This document shows, piece by piece, positions 29,566 to 43,408 of a stretch of 64,000 nucleotides of DNA. The notes beneath the pieces were generated by a model. It had not been told where the DNA came from and searched no databases. It worked only from the letters and a program-made list of their open reading frames with translations. Origin of the DNA: the human T2T-CHM13v2.0 reference genome, Homo sapiens; NCBI RefSeq assembly GCF_009914755.1, contig NC_060936.1. One strand, written 5' to 3'. Both the position numbers and the translations under genes were made by a program. Each line of letters starts with the position of its first letter. Position 1 is the stretch's first letter.

Positions 29566-29789
29566 TCATGCCTGTAAACCCTTGGGAGGCTGAAGCAGAA
29601 GGATCGCTGGAGGCCAGAAGTTTGGGACTCGCCTGGGTAACATAGTGAAATCCCATCTCTAAAAGAAAAAAAATAATTAAATCGGCTGGGCCTGGTGGCA
29701 TGTTTGAGATTGCAGTGAGCTAGGATCCTGCCACTGCACTCCACTCTGAGTGACACAACAGGACCCTGTCTCAAACAAACACAAAAAAA
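29566..29789 (+). mobile_element. AluJ, 5'-truncated and internally deleted
   Basis: Left monomer, linker, then ggtggcatg joined directly to tttgagattgcagtgag; TSD-like A-run + gtaca on both sides. Confidence 0.85.
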
Positions 29790-30398
29790 GTACAGAGGCT
29801 CCTCAAAAAATTAAAAATAGAACTATCATATTATCCAGTAGTTGCACTTCTGGGTATTTATCCAAATGAATTAAAATCAAAATCTCACAGACAAATCAGC
29901 ACTCACATGTTCGCTGTGGTACTATTCACAATAGCCAATATGTAAAACAACCTAAATGACCATTGACAGGTGAATGAATAAAGAAAAAGTGATATATACA
30001 TACAAGGCAATATCATTCAGCCTTTAAAATGATCCAATATGCAAAAACATAAATGAACCTTAAGCACATTGGGCTAAGTGAAATAAGCCAGTCACAGACA
30101 AATACTGCATGAGTTCATGTAAATAAGATATCTAAAATAGTCAAATTCCTAGAATCAGAGTGGAATGGAGGTTGCCAGAGTTGGGGGAATGGGAAGTGGG
30201 AGTTGATAATCAACAGGCACAAAGCGCCAGTTAAGCAGGATGAATGAGCTCCAGAGACTTGCTGCAGAATGTCTTACCTATAGTTAAAAATAGTGTATTG
30301 TGCACTTAAAAATGTGTTAAGAGGGTAGATATCATGTTAAATGTTCTTACCACAATGAAATAAAAAATTAAAAGAAAAGATTAGAGAAGCAGTAGCCA

Positions 30399-30675
30399 GG
30401 CCGGGCGTGGTGGCTCACGCCTGTAATCCCAGCACTTTGGGAGGCCGAGGCGAATGGATCACGAGGTCAGGACATCCAGACCATCCTGGCTAACGCAGTG
30501 AAACCCCGTCTCTACTAAAAATACCAAAAAAATAGCCGGGCTTGGTGGCGGGCGCCTGTAGTCCCAGCGACTCGGGAGGCGTGAACCCGGAAGGCAGAGC
30601 TTGCAGTGAGCCGAGATCGCGCCACTGCACTCCAGCCTGGGTGACAGAGCGAGACTCCATCTCAAAAAAAAAAAA
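30399..30675 (+). mobile_element. AluY with 17-bp internal deletion
   Basis: gaccatcctggctaac; gggaggc|gtgaacc junction at 30580/30581; TSD core agtagcca. Confidence 0.95.
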
Positions 30676-30715
30676 GAGTAGCCAGTAGGTATGAAGAAAA
30701 CAGAAGCCAGGTGAA

Positions 30716-30955
30716 TGTTGCACAGCGTGGAGTGCAGTGGCACTACACGGCTCACTGCAGCCCCGCACTCCTGGGCTCAAGTGATCCTCCCACCTCAGCC
30801 TCCAAAGTAGCTGGGACCACAAGCACGCACCACCATGCCCGGCTAACTTTTGTACTTTCTGTAGAGACAGGATTTTGCCATGTTACCCAGGCCGGTCTCA
30901 TACTCCTCGGCCTCCCAAATGCTAGGATTACAGGTGTGAGACACTGCACCTGGCT
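30716..30955 (-). mobile_element. AluJ, tail-less, internally deleted
   Basis: ctcactgcagcc..ctgggctcaagtgatcctccc; left monomer shortened at tactcct|cggcctccc. Confidence 0.88.
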
Positions 30956-31430
30956 GGGAAGAATTTAGAGGAAAAAAATTAAACAATTTTTCCCAAGCAA
31001 TTCTTCATTAAACAGATGGAGGCAAATGTGTAGTAGCTGGAAAGAAATGGCACTAAAAGAGTGTTTTTCCTCTTAAAATGGAAAAAATAACAAGTTAGCA
31101 GGTTGATGCAAAGGACCTAATAGAGAAGGAAAATTTGATGATGCAGCGGAGAGAAGAACGTGGGTGGAGTCCTGTATGAGCAGACAGGAGAAAGAGACTC
31201 TAGGACCCAGTACACATGGAAAACTCAGCCTTTACTAGGGACTCGGTTTACACATAGCGAAAACGCAAACGCAGAGTATATAATGCAGGTGGGTGCGCAG
31301 GTGTGATGAGAGAAGCTTCAAGAAGTTCTCTTTCTTGTTCCTTTCATTTTCTGGAAGAAATAGGAAACAAGATCACGAGCTGAGAATGCAGATGGGAGAG
31401 GAAGTATAACAAAAGCGCAAGAAGAAAGAA
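30956..31430 (-). mobile_element. L2 internal fragment
   Basis: gtagtagctggaaag..ttaaaatggaaaaaataacaag..ggacctaatagagaaggaaaatttgatgatgcag. Confidence 0.55.
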
Positions 31431-31630
31431 GAGTGGGCTCCCCCAACCACAACAAGCCAGGCTCTCTCCCATCACTGGGCCCAGCACGTGCTACTCCTTC
31501 TCTTGAGAATGCCATTGTCATCTCAGAATACCATCTCGTTCCCTGACCACCCCAACCAAAGCAGGTCCTGGGAACTACTGTCCGCCACATTATGCTATTT
31601 AGTCTTCTTCTTATGAAATTATCATATTTC

Positions 31631-31900
31631 TTTTTTTTTTTCTTAAGACAGGGTCTCACTCTGTTGCCTAGACTGGAGTGCAGTGATGCAGTCATAGTTC
31701 ACTGCAGCCCTCAATCTGCCAGCCTCAAGTGATTATGCCACCTCAGCCTCCCAAGTAGCTGGGCCTACAGAGGTGCACCACCACACCATACAGTCTCTGT
31801 ATGGTGCCTAGTCTGCTCTCAAACTCCTGGGCTCAAGCAATCCTCCCACCTCGTCCTCCCAAAGTGCTGGGATTACAGGCATGAGCCACCACGCCCAGCC
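31631..31900 (-). mobile_element. AluJ with central linker replaced by a hairpin
   Basis: J diagnostics; TSD atatttcttt (31624-31633 / 31901-31910); A-rich linker missing. Confidence 0.9.
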
Positions 31901-34546
31901 ATATTTCTTTATTGTTTGTTTTCTATCATGTCCATGAGATTTTGAGCTCCTTGAGAACAAGGGCTGTCTCTTTTGTTTACTGCTGCATCCCCAATGCCTA
32001 TGAGTACCTAACCCATGGTAAGTTCTTGATTCACCAACCCATGAGCTAGCTACTGGGAGAGTTTAACCTCCCCAGAGAAGTGCTGTCTGCATGGGACATG
32101 TATTTGAGGTCAGTGTCTCTCTGTACTGTGATTCCAGATGGAGAAAGAAGACAAATAAAGGATCAGAAGAGAGAGAGAGGTGATGAAAATCTAGTCATAT
32201 GTTTGTTATTACCACTTGAATATCAAAGTTAAAACTTGTTGTGCCAATGTCCTTGCCAGTTTATCTACAATGACACTCAAATAGTGAAAGCTGGTTTGGG
32301 GCATGGCTTGAATTCACCTCTAAATATGACACTGAGACAACAATTCGGTTTTCAAAGTCTACCAAATCTACTATCAGTAAGGAGGACTCTATTCTATATT
32401 TCTTTTCAGTTTTCTCTATTGTAAATTTATTTTTGTCTCCTAAAGTATTGCTTCACATAATCAAAAGAAAATAGTTGCTATTTCCTGACCTTCTCCAAGA
32501 AGCTCAGAGTCACACTGCATAGTACTACATTCAGCTTCTATGTCCAACTCTTCACCTTGTAGCTATTGGGGAAATATAAACATAGCACTAGCTAGTTTGT
32601 CAGGGGAGCTAAATGTCCTACTAATTTCTTAAAAACAAAAACAAAAACACTTTTTTCTTTAACAGAGAATGAGTGAGTCATCACAACTTGTAATAAATGT
32701 AGGTGTCAATTATTTTATGAAGAGTGAATGAAGTTTACATGATGTTTTAAAGTGACTTTTCCTTAGAGACACATCACTTACTTGATTTATGTGGCTGACA
32801 CTAGCAAAACATTCATTTACAAAAAGCTGTCTTCATCACACACTTCCATAAATGCAAGTTTACGAATTTTTATTACTTTTGTTTTATTTCAGGGTCAAAC
32901 ATAGGGAATGAATAACCTCTGCCTGGCTCATATGCAGCATTTTCATGAGAAGGAAGCTAAGAAATTTGAGGGGACATCGCATAGTCACGTAAGACATGAC
33001 TAAGATTCTCCTCTTTGCCACTTCTCAAGATCTCATTTATACAAAGTGGCAGAGTCGGCTCTGCTGGTCTTGACCTGTACATCCCCTTTTATGGAAAATA
33101 TAAACAGGAATTTTTTTTTCATGGCTGGAGGTCTTTCCCTCATCTAAATATTAAAGTCTGACAAGTCTTTCCAATTTAGGGGCGTAGAATCATGTTTGCT
33201 ACTCCTTAATAATTAGGAGCAGGGTGATTGATAACTATGAAAAGTTGAAAGAGTATCCTGGTGGTTGTAACAAGTTTCAACATGATCCAAAGCTTTGTCA
33301 ATAACCACAAGGGGAAAAAGAAAACAGAAGGAAAATGCCTCTCTAGAGTCCTTCATTTCGGAGAGAAGAGTGGATGCTACTGATATATCACTATCCCTTG
33401 GAAAACGTCTCCACACTGTAGGTGGCCAAATGGTAGCCAGCCCATATTGCGAGAGCGCAGAATCGAGTCCAGCAAGGGAGCCAGGAAACCTGGGTCTCTG
33501 ACCAGTTCTCTTACTTATCTATGTGACCTTGAAAATCTCATCCAGCATCCTCAGTGGATCTAGAGGAAGCATTTATAGGCTATGGAATAGTGTCCCAGTT
33601 CTAAAATTCTGTTTCCATCAGCTAATTTAAAGTCTTAAAGAAAAGTCTGCAAAACATTCCTGAAAGCCTGGATGTTATAGCTGACCTGTTTTTGTAGGCA
33701 AATATTCAGTATTATGATGGCTGGCATTGGTATGCTACTTTCCATTTACAATATTTATAATATTTAGAACATTTGAGATTTTACATATATCATCTCATTT
33801 ATCCCTTTGAGCAATCTTGTGAAATATGTATCACTGTGTCCTTGATAAGCTAGGAAAGAAAGAAAGTGAAAGAGAAAAGAAATGAAGTAACTAGCCTAAG
33901 GTCAGAAGGAAGGTGCCATAACTGTCACCCAAGAATCTGTCCTTATCACTTCACTTAGAATTATAATAATCAGCACAAGCCCAGTTACTACACAGAAAAT
34001 AGAAACAAACAATGAATATGGAGAGAATAAAAGACTCTCTGAGAAAAGAAAGATTACACGTGGCTTCCATGAATTCAGATAATACATTACTTTACCACAT
34101 CGGGTTTTTTCCCCACCATTTAATTCACTGTTTTTCAGAGAAGTGAGTCTAAAATAAATTTGTCTGTAGTGGCAAATTTCCTAAAACAAATATTAAACAC
34201 AGCTACTGGGATCTTTGTAGCATGTTATCAAAATAATGAGATATAAATACTCAATTTATATACCACATACCTTTTAACGAAAAGAAAATATACACATCAT
34301 CCCACAGGCCTGAGCTAAAATTTGTATTTACATTACTCAAGAAAAAGAAAACAAGAAGCAGAATCTTAGAAGAGTTCAAAGATGAAGGTCATGGGAGATA
34401 TCGTCAACACTTGGTGGTACCATCAGGAATCTTACTGCAAGCTGTAGAAGAACCAAAATGAACAAAATGCAAAAGCAGACCTTGTAATTTTTTTCAAGAG
34501 TTATCGCTTGCAGAGCTAGTGCTATTCTAGTTAAAAAGCCATACAA

Positions 34547-35022
<476 letters not shown>

Positions 35023-35231
35023 TCACATAATTAACTTATTTTATTCTCACAAAAAATTCTACGCACTAAACCTAATTTTACAGGCAAGGAAAGAAAGAGT
35101 CAGAGTTCAGTGACCTGAGCATAGTGACCTAGATGATGTCGTCGGATCCTCTCCCTACAATGCTGTTTCTGAAGTAGTAATGAAAAAACTGGGTTGGGAT
35201 ATATTATGTGGGTAATAGCTACATTTATTTA

Positions 35232-35480
<249 letters not shown>

Positions 35481-35512
35481 TCATTGCCTTCTCTACTCGT
35501 ATCTAATATGCA

Positions 35513-35568
35513 ACTGCACTCCAGCCTGAGTGACAATGCAAGACTCCATCTCAAAAAAAAAAAAAAAA
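35513..35568 (+). mobile_element. Alu 3' terminal fragment
   Basis: actgcactccagcctgagtgac..agactccatctc plus A16. Confidence 0.85.
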
Positions 35569-36329
35569 GATTAAATAGCACTCAACTATTTTATTTTAAT
35601 CCAACACTCTCTGTTGAACCTACTCTTGCTTGTGTCAACCCTTCTAATATTACTCATTGTAGTGGAGAATTCCAAAAATCTCTGGGGATGTCACAATGAG
35701 GAATCTGGACACAGTGATAGCTGAGATCTACTCTGAAATGAATATCATATGATCTGGTGAATACTGAGTTTCTTACTAAATAAATCGGCAAAATTATGGC
35801 CTTTTAAAATTTATGACTATATAAGTTAGTTGTGAAACTCTGTACACATGATTGTGTATATTTCTTACTGTTTATCCGTGGAAATTATCTATTTGCAAGC
35901 AACTGTGCTAGTCTACAAGTGACCAGACTGGTCTTGAAGAGCCAAAAAATAAACTCAAATGAAGAAACTCCCTGAAATATGTTTTGCTACTATGAAAATT
36001 GGAGGCATTTCTGACCAACATTAAGCAGGAAAAAAAAATCTACATTTAAGATATTTAGGCTCTGGAAACATTGGATTATTATCTGAAAACTTAATATGAG
36101 ACACAAAAAGCCACTGAAATTATTTTTTCCATTTGGACAACTTAGCTCAGAATTAATGGTTTTGAAAGACCCTGTGCATTTTTCATAATTTGGAAAGGAC
36201 AGGCACACCAATCTAAAAATGGACACATTTTTGCATGTCAGTTATAACAGATGCACACAAAAACACATGAAATATATTGTGATTATGACTATACTATATA
36301 TAGTTATAGTATAACTATAAAGTAATGTA

Positions 36330-36730
36330 ACATATTTTAAACCTATTTTAATCCTTCACAGACAAATAAGTGTGGTCCTTCAAAGAAGTGAATGTAAGAA
36401 ACTATATACTCATTTCTCTGTTGCTACTAGTGCTTAAAATACTTTTAGAGCCCCTGTTTTGTAATCTTCCAATTTCTGAGTGACCCAAGAAAACAGGTGT
36501 GTTACTTGAGCTCCACAATTTGTGTTGCCCTCCTCTGCTACCCCCACCTTTCATTGCCTGCCTGCTTTATTCACTGGACTTGGTCAAATATCTTTTGACC
36601 ATTTTCAAATATAAAGCCTTCCTTCCAAGTAAGAAAATTTGCCCGCTGAGGTTATCAAAAGAGTACGCCTCAGGCTCTATGGCAGCTCCAAAGTAGAATT
36701 CCTGAATATTCTGAGCAATTTCAGTCGTCG
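36330..36730 (+). mobile_element. MARNA-like mariner remnant
   Basis: ccttcaaagaagt..aagaaaatttgcccgctgaggttatcaaaagagtacgcctcaggctct..ccaaagtagaattcctgaatattctgagcaat. Confidence 0.6.
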
Positions 36731-39700
36731 GACCTCAAGGCAGGACAGAGAAAGACCTCAAAATTAGCATGAGGACTTTTTCAGCAGACCAACTATTTAA
36801 ATTGACAATAAAAGTTGGACAAAATGGTCAACTTTGTACGTAAGCCTAATGAAAGCAAATATCAAATGAAAGTAGAAAAAATACAGCTTGTTAAAACAGG
36901 AGCCGGGGAGGTCTTTTTCTTCCCTGCAGTGTAGAAAATAATCCATTTAAGGGGTGTACCCTTTTTCTATCTATGTAATACTCAATTTATCTATCCTTGT
37001 CTGACAGACTCATACTATTGCAGAAAACCAAAAGATCTAGGTTTGGGTGGGTACCTGGCTCCATATCTTTCTCTGTCCTGCCTTAAGGTCCTACTACTTG
37101 GAATCCAATCCAGCCACTATATCTAAAACCAACTGATTTGAAGCTATTGCCTTCTCAACATGCAGACTGACCCAAACAACTACGTGGGGGTCACTGAAGA
37201 AACAGAGAAAAATGCACTGATATGAACAAAAAAGACACTACTAGTCAGACTTTGCATCAAGTTTATATTCCCTCCAGATTCCTGAAGAACGTGGACACAG
37301 ACCCAGGAGCCATTTCATCAGGATGCATAATGTCAAACTCCCTGAAAGGGGGAGACAAGACAAGGACGATTTACAACATTACCAAGTGGGTATACTTTAA
37401 ATTTTCAGTGAGATCCTGTATCTAAAACAAATTCACCAATAATGTCTGGCAAAAAAATTAAAATGTTATAGAACTGATTCCAAGTAGAACAGATTACTGA
37501 TAAAAGTGTCATTAGCAATAAAAAGACTAATGGCCCTTCAGACTAAAACTACCATTTTCTATATGCTTCTAACTCCAAGAATCTGTTCCTAAATGATTTC
37601 ATAATGAAATAAGAAGTGTCATATAGAAAAGCACTCTGTTTGGAGGACACTAAATGAATCACAGGGTTTTCAAAGCGAGCGTCATAAAATGAGTTTACTA
37701 GCAGGTAACCAGAAACTACATGACTTCTAACTACTGGAAAACCACCAGTAGCCTCTCAAAAGAGAAAACTCAGAATTTCAATAAATCCTTTTACTGTACC
37801 AACTATTTCCATTATAGCAAGGTAAATTGATTTAGAAGTCTATATCCTCAATGAATTTCTAACTTTTCAACAAATTATCACTTAAAATTTCAATACATTA
37901 TTTGTTTTCTTCATACTTGTGATATATAGATGCATTTCTAGGTTTTTTTTCTTTCCAGGGCAAGTTAAGAATTTTTTGAAAGACATAATGAATATGATAT
38001 TCTGTTGGAATTAATCCATGGTCAATTCCATTTTGTAAGGAGCTTGTTCCAGACAAAAAGATGCCAATTCCCTAAATGAGTTAGACTCGTTGACATTAGA
38101 ACTCAGAGATTCTCTATCTTGGATATGGAAGATAATTTGATGTTAAGTTCTCACATACACAACGTATTTCTGATGATACATGGAACACAGGCTCTTTATA
38201 ACAAATACCCTGAAGATCTTTAATTGGTAGTTAGGAAACATGCTTTTCCTAATCATCAAGTCTCTTAAATATTATGTTTTTAAATATGCATTTAGGGAAA
38301 CTAATGAGGTAAGATATGAGAGGGATAAAGAAGGTATGTTGTTTTCAAAATTAAAATTTTCAGGACATCAGTCCAACAGGCATAAAACAGCATAAAACAA
38401 ATAACTAGATAATCAAATAATAAAAACAAACTAGAAGTAATATGAAAGCTTTTTTAAAAACTGTTATTGCACATATGCAATAATTACTTCCATAAAGACT
38501 TTTATTATACATTTGTTTTTATGGAATCATAATGTACAAGTGCATGCTATTGTTTAAACACATTCACCACATACCCCATAACAGAATATGATGACAATAT
38601 GTATTAAGGATAATACAGAAAATGTAGCTAAATGCATTCTGTATTATGGTTCCATATTACAGAATGCAAATGGTTCTGACTAAGCAGACACAGGAGACAG
38701 TCGTTAGTGTGCACGCTGTGAATGTATATTATGAATAATGCATAAAACTTGGCTAAACCCTAATGAGTCCATTGACATCCTATGGGGTCCAAAGGAGGCT
38801 CAGATCCCAAAGCATGGCCCTGTCCATTCCTACCCACCAATCATTATAAAAAAAGATACTGTGAAAACAAAGGATATTAAACAACACAAATATACTCTCA
38901 TTCTAGGTAAAGGTTTTGAAATAAGCAGAAAAATTGGAAGAAACTTTGAAAAGAGAGCTAAAAGTCCATCTTACATCATCACTCCACTTGCAGTTTTTGA
39001 AAATTATCCACTGCAATTCAAATGGGACAAAAGCTGCAGTTGAGGGTTTCATGTTATTTCTTTTCTTTGCTTTTTTTTTTTTCGGGGAGCTACTATTACA
39101 AGCAAGATCTCAGCAATCCCTCAGAAAAGTGACCAAACTCTTAGACCATGGTGGTAGAAAGTCTTCTTTCTTTGAAAGACTAATGCTTACAAAATAAATT
39201 ATAGTCAATAAAATAGGGAAGTAGATATAATATGTCTAAAAGCATTCTTTAAGAAACTCCTTAAAATTCTGGTTTTTACACAGCTTTTTAAGGAATCAAA
39301 AAAGAATGCCATGAGTACATTACTTACAGCACATTTTTTAAAAAATCAATGTTTTTTCCAATAGCCATTAACTAGAGACTCTTAAAACCTGAGTCCTTGA
39401 AAAGAGAAAGCATAACATCTATTATCCCTACATGAGTGTACCCCAAGATGAACACCTACATGGGTATGTTTAACGTGTTCACTGAGCCAAAAATGCAGAG
39501 CTGAGCAAGCTGTGCTTGAGATGCACAAATTAAGTATGTGACAGAAGTCTGTGCATCCAAAGCCTCTCCTAGGAGTGGGGCTGGGAAAGCAAGGACAGCT
39601 GCTTCTTCATGGTGCTCCCAGGAGTGGGTGGGAAACGGGCATTCTGAGAACACATCCCCAGAGTCCAGAGGGGATGCGAGGGCTGGCCACTTGGGGAAGC

Positions 39701-42700
39701 AGCAAGCCAAGAAAAACCCTGCACTCTCAGAAAACATGCAAGAGCAAAATGTCGAAGTGAGAACTGGAGTTAAAATTCTGGGATGGAGTTCTTGTCAATT
39801 TGCCCAGCTCCATGAGGTTTTCCCATCCCTTTACCAGGTACAACAACCAGACCCAGCCAAGGCAAAGGCCCAAACTGGAAGCCACCATGGAGCCCAAGGC
39901 ATGAAATGCATAACCACCTCCATCACTGAATTCTAAAATGCAGGTCATTTACCATCCCATATTTGGGCTAAAATCGGCTCTTGGCTTAGCTTTACTGGGA
40001 ATTTAGCCTATGTGCTGTGAATAGAGGGCTCACTGGAAGACCCCTTCTGCAAAATAATACTGTCATAGTTTTCCCGTCTCTCCTCACCCACATAGGCAGA
40101 AATACTAACTGTAAACATTGATGAAAAACAACCCTTCATAAGTTTCTATTTAAAGTACAAATACTCCTGGGTATAGCTTAGAAAAATCATGATAAATTTG
40201 TTTGTTTTTAATTTGCTTTCTTTTGTGAGAAGAACTAGGACAATAGAGGATGTCTTAGTATGTTTGGGGTAGTTACCAAGCGATCTGAAAAGAGGGTAAA
40301 AGGTTAGAGAAGACAGGACACACTGACAGATTAACTTTGCTTGCTTTTCCAATTGCAGTAGCCCAGCCAAGGATTTTGTGATGAGGAATTAAGAGTTTTA
40401 ACAGACTCTTAAGGTTGAAAACTTTCTGGACACTATATCATTATTTTTGTATTTACAGCTGGGTAAGCGCAGTCACTGTTGCTAGAGCATGAAGTATGAA
40501 AATCATACAGAAAAATAAGGTATCTGTTGAAACTGCTTCTGCTGTTTTCCTCGTTCTAAAATTTGCCTCATATCAAGTGCAATAGAACAAAGTTCAGTTC
40601 CTGATAGAACCATTCCATAAAGCTATTCTGCCTCTGAAAACCATTCTCTACCACGGCTGGTCCCAGCTCCACTATAAGCGGCTGACAATTGCTTCCCCCG
40701 CCCCACCACCCTGTGTTCCTTCACCCCCTCCCAGATGCCACCAAAAGAATCACAGAAAGTCTCTCAGTAGCACTTTGCTTCTCAGCAGGAAGCTGTACTG
40801 TTTGTGATATCCATTTTGATTCAAACCTAAATTAGGCCTCTGGAAATAGGTAATGCACAAAAAGAAGCATTTTGTGTCACCAAATTATTATTATAGGTTA
40901 CTGTTAACCCTTGGAAGATAGAGGTGAGCTCCGTAGCTCCCCACTGAGGTGACTATTTGTCATGAAATCATAGGCCCTACCTCAAAAGATGTTTCAGGTG
41001 AGCTTGCAATAAGGCAAACTGTCTAGTTGACCTATAGGATTCTGAAAGCTAGTTTAAGTGGGAAAGCTAAGAGAAATGCCAGTTAAACAAAAGGATCAGC
41101 ACAGCATGGGGAACCAGCAGTGTGCTAGCACAAGTTTAACAGCTGACAGCACCTAGAGAGAGATGTCGGGATCAAGGCATTTTACTATCAGACCGATTTA
41201 AGACCCTTCCCTTCAAAAGCGCTCCTTGCAAAGACTTGTAGGGTTTTGAGGGGCAAAAGTTCAGAGCAACACACATTTTTTTTTAAAGAGGTCATTTGCG
41301 ATCAAACTGTCAACGAGTCCTATTAAAATAATGAATTCCAGTATGGAATATGCTGATGCTTCTATTTTTTCATACAGTTTAGATAGTAAATAAATTTTAC
41401 TTTTGAAAATCCCTGCTCAAAAAGTTAAACTTCTGGCCCTAATTAAGATTCAGAAAAGTCTCAGAGCTCACCCTAAAAGTACTCCTGCATTACAATCCTA
41501 GCACCAGTTCTTGAAAACCTTTGTCATTTTTACTTTTTCTAATTTAAGCTTTGTAATCTGTGATTCTCCCATATTCTTCATCACTACATTAAAATAAGCA
41601 GCATTCGTAATGTTATTTATAAACACAGCTGAATTCAAGGATTCAAATCAAAGGCAACTTTCTATCCACCTATATTAGGGAAAAAAACATGCAGAATATG
41701 CATGTCATCTTCTCGTCATTCAGCACAACTCGGGTTCCTTTCTGATTCAAAACTGTAGAAGAGACAGTCATCATGCCACACAATAATATTAGCTTTTCAT
41801 TCTTCCGTGTGCATTTTTACTCTGTTTTGGTAAAAATATTATCACGTGCTCCTGGCTTATCTCATTAAAATAAATAGACATGACTGAATTCATATCTCTG
41901 GAGACACAGTAAACACAATGCAAAATGTAATTCCTCAAATTGGAATAACTGCTCTTTATTGAATAAATAACTAAATAATTAAAGCTTCTTCAAAGTGAGT
42001 ATCATAGGTTGATGATGAAAAGTAACAGAATTATTCTGCAACTGGTAACATGGAAAAATAAAACAGCTGATAAGAACAACCAAAGTTTTACAGGGGGTTT
42101 AGCAGACTCTGGATCCTAGCCAAATTTCATAGCTGCCTAGAGTTTTTAGCTGAGTATCTAAAATTTGAAGGCAGAGTCAGTGTTCCTCTTGCATTTCCTA
42201 GACACAACTCATAAAATGATAGGTTCTTTTTAATGTCTAAGAATCTTGTTTAGTTCTCATTCTGCTCAGCAACATAATCTTCAGACTGAGGAAATGCCTG
42301 TTGAATCCCGTCAACTGCAGTATATAACATTTTAACATCAGAAGTCCTGGAACCACACACCTCAGGGTCAGGCCAGCAGATTTTCCCAATGCAGTCTCAT
42401 TCAAGGAATTGTGATTAGCTAATGACTTGGTTTGCTTAGGTTATCTAGCTATCATCTGAATGCCAGCTACTGAGAATAAATCTCTTATGTTTCCATGTTC
42501 TAAGATAATTCCTCCATTCAAATACTCAACGCCATTTCATCTAGTCACAGTTAAAGCACCTCCCTGTTGACAAGGCATTTTCTCGAAAGTTTCTGCAGAC
42601 TATTTGTCCACACTGTACATACCTGCTCAGTCCATCCCCTGGGAAGTTGCTTTTGCCATAGCTTCCTCTTTAAAAATATTCCTACACCCATGCTGGTTTT

Positions 42701-43079
42701 GTATCTGTTCAGTTCAAATTTAGATTCATTGGTACTTTTCCACAGTTACATTTCTTGTTCGATTGATGTTTCCTTTTATTTATTCTGAAGTTTTCGATGT
42801 AAGACAAACAGGAATACCACCTTCTAAAATTACTACTATCCTACCATCCTCCGATGGAACATTAACGGGAAGCAATATTCTCCAAAGCTATGAAGCATAC
42901 ACTGCCCTAAATTACATTGCAGTCGCTGCCCTGAGCTCACACATTTTTGAATAGAAAGGCTCCCAGGGATCTCTCTGTACTGACTGCATTTACTGCTTTA
43001 AAATATTTTTAACCCAGACGCTGAAGTGCCAGCCTTGCAGTTCCTCATGCTAATCCCAGCTTGGGTGGCTGTTCTTAAG

Positions 43080-43335
43080 GGAAAGCATTCAAAACATTGT
43101 AACAGTGCATCAACTTTGACCCTTTTCACTTAAACATGAGACTCTTAAAAAAAAGTTTGAATTCCAGAGGGAATCACTGAACTTTGACCTGCTTAAAATT
43201 AGTTTTGTTTTAGTGCCTTCACGGTGACTCAACAGGCCAATTTTCCAGACACTTAAGACGTTTCTGCCCCTGAAGATTTCAGTTCAAGTCTACAGCTATG
43301 TTCGCCGGTCAGATCAGAACACTTTGTCCCAGGGT
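43080..43335. promoter_or_regulatory. Candidate nuclear-receptor enhancer (2 x DR1, AP-1, GRE)
   Basis: On the minus strand GGGTCA-A-AGTTGA (43110-43122) and AGGTCA-A-AGTTCA (43178-43190); TGACTCA 43225-43231; AGAACA-ctt-TGTCCC 43316-43330. Confidence 0.5.
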
Positions 43336-43406
43336 TTCAAGCAACAAATTCCCAGATCTCCATCTCTCTGCCAGATGTTGGCATTACTTGGTATTAAGCT
43401 GGATCT

Positions 43407-43408
<2 letters not shown>

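Noticed and set aside
39538-39936. Longest ORF (132 aa) in a GC-richer patch, with overlapping ORFs on both strands
   Set aside because: GTG start, no recognisable domain and no flanking splice signals. Open frames are expected from the local GC content; it may be an unrecognised old LTR.
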